From contig CAZSFJ010000003.1 in NCBI GenBank assembly GCA_964606125.1, positions 1 through 40,898 of the forward strand: 40,898 nt of DNA, written 5' to 3'. Each line of letters begins with the position of its first letter. The first letter of the stretch is position 1. The DNA is from an uncultured Dehalococcoidaceae bacterium (GTDB lineage: Bacteria; Chloroflexota; Dehalococcoidia; UBA2979). This document shows positions 37,013 to 40,898 of this stretch, one piece after another. A model generated the notes under the pieces. It did not search any database. It was not told the origin of the DNA and saw only the letters and a list, made by a program, of their open reading frames with translations. The position numbers and the translations under genes are program-made.

Positions 37013-37753
37013 ATGTCGATTAATCATCGAGAAAAAAGTTCCGTAGTAATCCTCCTGGCGGGTGGACGGTCGGTACGGATGGGCGGAACAGATAAGCTCT
37101 GGTTTGAGCTTGATCGCCGTCCGATCATTGACTTCTCCTTTGATTGGATTCTAGATAGGGAATTCGTTTCCGAGGCAGGTCTTTCTAAAGTGATTATTGT
37201 AATCAGCGATGAAGGATACAAAAGCCTGCTTCCCTATTTGGCTATTTATGAGGAGGCACACCCAAATGTGGAATTTGAGCGAGCAGCACCTGGCAAATCA
37301 CGGCGGGATTCTGTTCGTAGTGGACTAGATAAAGTAGATAATGATGCCGATCTAATCTTTGTCCATGATGCCGCCCGTCCGCTGGCGGATCCGATTCTTG
37401 CTCGAGCGCTTTTCAGAGCGGCGGAGAAATATGGGGCTTCTATACCTACCATAAGGGTGACAGATAGCGTGAAATTACTGGGTGATAGCGAGGGCCTGTT
37501 CACTTTGCAGACGATCGATCGTGATTTAGTCAGGCTAGTCCAAACCCCGCAGTGTTTTAATGCTGATATTCTTCGCCGGGCTCACGCTGAATGCGAAGAG
37601 ACCGTGACCGATGACTCGGCCATGGTCGAGTCAATAGGTGAAAAGGTTGCAATCGTTGAGGGATCCACTGACAACCTGAAAATTACTCAAATACAGGACC
37701 TACAATTAGTGGCAAAGATATTGCACGACAGGAAGCGGGATGCCTCCGAATGA
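37013..37753 (+). CDS. ispD: 2-C-methyl-D-erythritol 4-phosphate cytidylyltransferase
   Basis: LAGGRSVRMG, RRDSV, VHDAARP, VQTPQ, TDDS and NLKIT motifs. Confidence 0.95.
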   Translation: MSINHREKSSVVILLAGGRSVRMGGTDKLWFELDRRPIIDFSFDWILDREFVSEAGLSKVIIVISDEGYKSLLPYLAIYEEAHPNVEFERAAPGKSRRDSVRSGLDKVDNDADLIFVHDAARPLADPILARALFRAAEKYGASIPTIRVTDSVKLLGDSEGLFTLQTIDRDLVRLVQTPQCFNADILRRAHAECEETVTDDSAMVESIGEKVAIVEGSTDNLKITQIQDLQLVAKILHDRKRDASE

Positions 37754-38235
37754 GAACAGGAATAGGATATGACTTGCACCGTTTTGAGATCGATTCAGAT
37801 AGACCACTACGCTTGGGGGGAATTGAAATCACCGAGGCCCCGAGATTGTTGGGACACTCTGACGGGGATGCCCTGATCCACGCGGTTATAGACGCTATGT
37901 TGGGAGCAGCAGCAGCCGGGGATATAGGAACTCATTTCCCTCCAGATGACCCCGACACCGAGGGGATTGATAGTCGAGAGCTACTGCGTCGAGTGCAAAG
38001 ATTAATTGCTGCTGATGGTTTCACTATTGGAAACGTCGACGCGACTGTGATAGCAGAGAGACCAAGATTGCAGGAGTACATCGAGCCAATGTGTGAATCA
38101 CTGTCATCTGCGCTGGGGATAAGCCGTAAGAATGTTAACGTCAAAGCTACGACTAATGAAGGAGTAGGGTCTTTTGGATCGGGGGAGGCGATCGCCGTAA
38201 TGGCAGTTGCAACGTTGGACACTGCCCCCGCCTAA
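37750..38235 (+). CDS. ispF: 2-C-methyl-D-erythritol 2,4-cyclodiphosphate synthase
   Basis: [25 protein letters not shown] and KATTNE motifs; ATGA overlap with ispD. Confidence 0.97.
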   Translation: MRTGIGYDLHRFEIDSDRPLRLGGIEITEAPRLLGHSDGDALIHAVIDAMLGAAAAGDIGTHFPPDDPDTEGIDSRELLRRVQRLIAADGFTIGNVDATVIAERPRLQEYIEPMCESLSSALGISRKNVNVKATTNEGVGSFGSGEAIAVMAVATLDTAPA

Positions 38236-38248
38236 AGCTATTGGACTT

Positions 38249-38905
38249 ATGTTTTTATTCAAATTTTTAAAACTATGTAGACAAGACATCGAATCAGCTC
38301 TTCGATACGATCCTGCAGCTAATTCGTCCTTGGAAGTGGCGCTGACCTATTCAGGAGTTCATGCTCTTTGGTTTTATCGAGTGGCTCACTATTTATATCT
38401 TGCTCGTTTAACTACAGTCGCTCGATTTGTTTCTCACCTCGGCAGAGGACTGACAGGAGTAGAAATTCACCCTGCATCAAAGATAGGTAGGGGATTATTT
38501 ATTGATCATGGGATGGGCGTAGTGATAGGTGAGACTGCAGAAATAGGCAACGACTGCCATCTGTATCAAGGAGTCACCCTCGGAGGGACATCCACCCGTC
38601 GTGAGAAGCGACACCCCACGCTGGGTAACAGGGTTACTGTTGGTGCAGGAGCAAAAATAATAGGTGCTGTGAAGATTGGAAATGATGTGAGAATTGGCGC
38701 GGGTTCGGTTGTCATTATTTCGGTACCCGATCGAGCAACAGTTGTTGGTGTTCCCGGTCATATAACCTCGGTGATAGGAGAGAATAATGACACTATCGAA
38801 CAACTCCCTGATCCGGAGTGGGAGCGTATACAAGCTGTCGAAGATAGGCTGTTCGCTCTCGAAGACAAAATCTGCGCAGACAATTCAGATGAATCCGATG
38901 AATAA
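38249..38905 (+). CDS. cysE: Serine O-acetyltransferase
   Basis: [32 protein letters not shown] and KRHPT motifs. Start moved to ATG 38249. Confidence 0.95.
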   Translation: MFLFKFLKLCRQDIESALRYDPAANSSLEVALTYSGVHALWFYRVAHYLYLARLTTVARFVSHLGRGLTGVEIHPASKIGRGLFIDHGMGVVIGETAEIGNDCHLYQGVTLGGTSTRREKRHPTLGNRVTVGAGAKIIGAVKIGNDVRIGAGSVVIISVPDRATVVGVPGHITSVIGENNDTIEQLPDPEWERIQAVEDRLFALEDKICADNSDESDE

Positions 38906-38976
38906 TTATTCGGTAGTAGATCCTCTAGGCTAATTGAAAATAAACTGTTTTGGTAACTTGTAATCGGCTGGAGTCA

Positions 38977-40410
38977 ATGAAAATTCAAGATACTCTCAGA
39001 GGCAAACAAAGCGAAGTGACCGAGGACGGAGCGCCGATCGGGGTATACGTCTGTGGGGTTACTCCTTATGACAGTGCTCATGTCGGTCACGCCATGTCAC
39101 TTATGGTTTATGACGTACTCATCCGCTACTTGCGATGGTGCGGCCAAGAAGTAAATTTTGTGTCTAACTACACGGATGTCGATGACAAATTAATCGATAG
39201 AGCAAAAAGTTTGTCGATTGATCCGATTGAATTGGCGGATCAAAATATTTCTCAGTGGGAAGAAGAGCAAGTTATTTTGGGCCTCTTGAAACCGGATGTG
39301 AGGCCAAGAGTTTCGACAGAGATTAATACGATTATCGATATGATTGCTGAGATTGTGGCAAATGGGATGGCCTATGTGACTGAATTTGGTGATGTGTATT
39401 ACAGCGTTCGGAAAAATCCTCACTATGGTAAATTAAGTCGTCGTCGAGTTAATGAACTCAAAACTCCAGAAGGGTCCGAAGACGATCAGAAGAATGATGG
39501 TCTCGATTTCGCCTTATGGAAATCAGCAAAGGTGGGTGAACCAAGTTGGTCTTCACCTTGGGGTGATGGTAGACCGGGTTGGCATATCGAATGTTCGGCG
39601 ATGGCACGTCGCTATTTAGGTGAAACATTTGCGATCCATGGTGGTGGGCGAGATTTAGTCTTTCCGCATCATGAAAATGAGATTGCACAGGCGGAATCGG
39701 CAGCCTCTAAAGTGGGGATTTTTGCGAAAGTTTGGATGCATAACGGAATGGTTCAGCGTGATGGTGAAAAGATGTCAAAGTCACTTGGCAATGTTGTGAC
39801 TGTTGAGGAGGCGTTGAGCAAATGGTCACCCGACGCGATTCGTTTTTTTGTATTATCTTCGCACTATGGTTCAGCTAGGAATATAACCGACGAGGCTATG
39901 CATGCTTCCGTCGTCGGGGTGAACCGCATCCAGAGAGCCATAGATCTAGTGGGGATAGATGGTCCAGAATCTGATATTACGATGGATAGATTTATTGGGG
40001 ATTTCCGGGCGGCGATGGATGAAAATCTTGCTACTCCCCAAGCACTAGCAACTCTCTTTGATTTGGTGAAATCAATTAATACTGCTGTGAGTAATGGACA
40101 CAATGTCGATCGTGCGGTAGGCGTCTTGAGGGATCTTGCCGAAAATGTGTTGGGGTTTTCGTTTGTCGAGTCCGAGAAATCCGTACCTACCATGGATATT
40201 GTAGAGCTCGAATCAATATTTATTGATATGGGAGTGTCTCAAACTATATATACCATAGATGAGGGAATTGATTTGTTGCTAGAACTGCGAAATAGATATC
40301 GCCGTGAAAAACAGTTTGCAGATGCTGACATAATAAGAGACCGGCTTGCTGATTTAAATATTGCCTTGGATGACACTCCAGATGGCACACGCTGGAGTAT
40401 TTCCAACTGA
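38977..40410 (+). CDS. cysS: Cysteine--tRNA ligase
   Basis: [27 protein letters not shown] and KMSKS motifs. Start at ATG 38977 after GGAG. Confidence 0.97.
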   Translation: MKIQDTLRGKQSEVTEDGAPIGVYVCGVTPYDSAHVGHAMSLMVYDVLIRYLRWCGQEVNFVSNYTDVDDKLIDRAKSLSIDPIELADQNISQWEEEQVILGLLKPDVRPRVSTEINTIIDMIAEIVANGMAYVTEFGDVYYSVRKNPHYGKLSRRRVNELKTPEGSEDDQKNDGLDFALWKSAKVGEPSWSSPWGDGRPGWHIECSAMARRYLGETFAIHGGGRDLVFPHHENEIAQAESAASKVGIFAKVWMHNGMVQRDGEKMSKSLGNVVTVEEALSKWSPDAIRFFVLSSHYGSARNITDEAMHASVVGVNRIQRAIDLVGIDGPESDITMDRFIGDFRAAMDENLATPQALATLFDLVKSINTAVSNGHNVDRAVGVLRDLAENVLGFSFVESEKSVPTMDIVELESIFIDMGVSQTIYTIDEGIDLLLELRNRYRREKQFADADIIRDRLADLNIALDDTPDGTRWSISN

Positions 40411-40612
40411 GGGCTGTAATATTGACCCTAGAGCTAAGCAGATCGTAAACTTATAGATCCGTTCACTTGATGGATGGGTAGGCCAACCGTTTTTGGCATT
40501 GGATTGCAACTGAGCTGCCCAAATTTACATGGAACTCGCTTAGCAAATATCCGGTGCCTGTTAGCGACATTATTCGTTGGGGGATTATAGAAGTAGAAAA
40601 CAAATAACGAAT

Positions 40613-40698
40613 GCACGGGTGGGAGAGTGGTTAAATCCAGCGGTCTGTAAAACCGCCGCCTTACGGCTACGCAGGTTCGAATCCTGCCCCGTGCACCA
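40613..40698 (+). tRNA. tRNA-Tyr(GTA)
   Basis: Acceptor stem GCACGGG/CCCGTGC, anticodon arm GCGGT-ctGTAaa-ACCGC, long variable arm, GGTTCGAATCC T-arm, encoded CCA. Confidence 0.97.
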
Positions 40699-40704
40699 GA
40701 AAAT

Positions 40705-40779
40705 GCCCCCATAGCTCAGTGGCAGAGCGCGTTCTTGGTAAGAACGAGGTCATGAGTTCAACTCTCATTGGGGGCTCCA
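40705..40779 (+). tRNA. tRNA-Thr(GGT)
   Basis: Acceptor stem GCCCCCA/TGGGGGC, anticodon arm CGTTC-ttGGTaa-GAACG, GTTCAAC T-loop, encoded CCA. Confidence 0.97.
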
Positions 40780-40898
40780 TTTTGGTTGTAAGTTAAATCG
40801 GTTCACTATGGATGAAATCAGGTGTGAGTTGATTTAGAGTTATAGGACAGGAAAACAAATAGCTGAGTATAGATTGATAGATGTGAGGTCAGGAGTAA

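Noticed and set aside
38236-38976. T-box riboswitch for cysE/cysS
   Set aside because: The gaps are only 13 nt and 71 nt, and neither contains a T-box consensus (AAGGTGGnACC).
40434-40712. 92-aa minus-strand ORF
   Set aside because: It is antisense to tRNA-Tyr; ARGRIRTC is the typical translation of a reversed T-arm.
1-40898. CRISPR array, IS/transposase, integrase or prophage
   Set aside because: No regularly spaced direct repeats and no ORF with transposase, integrase, Cas or phage motifs was seen; nearly all space is filled by recognisable genes.

Overview
Bacterial chromosomal segment of about 41 kb, most consistent with a Chloroflexota (Dehalococcoidia/SAR202-like) genome. The evidence is inferential: rpoBC is detached from the ribosomal protein genes, RpoB and RpoC carry Chloroflexota-style insertions, and acyl-CoA catabolic paralogs are abundant. 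The first 26 kb is metabolic. It holds mobA/yqeC, a CNNM-CBS protein, ogt, an SDR, an acyl-CoA ligase, a crotonase, TauE, YfcE, proA, two non-canonical thiolase + DUF35 pairs, a signal-less PhnD-fold protein, an LhgO-like oxidase, an NTP-sugar transferase, clpS, an acyl-CoA dehydrogenase and DinB. It continues with a NIPSNAP/IMPase/DehI-like/nitroreductase operon, a beta-hydroxyacid dehydrogenase, a Cys-rich microprotein and a Zn-ADH. The last 15 kb is housekeeping: rimO, rpoB, rpoC, ispD, ispF, cysE, cysS, tRNA-Tyr and tRNA-Thr. I saw no CRISPR array, IS or prophage. Most notable observations: (1) an RNA polymerase with substitutions in normally near-invariant motifs (beta link region DHDLTH, beta' F-loop GFMGRV, Rif-pocket R529K, fork-loop G544K); (2) a Cys-less thiolase + Zn-ligand-less DUF35 + cytoplasmic SBP-fold module; (3) a membrane-anchored metallothionein-like microprotein; (4) a bidirectional terminator built from two mirror-image gene ends that both encode EKGL-stop. 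All calls are from motif recognition by eye, and no database search was run.
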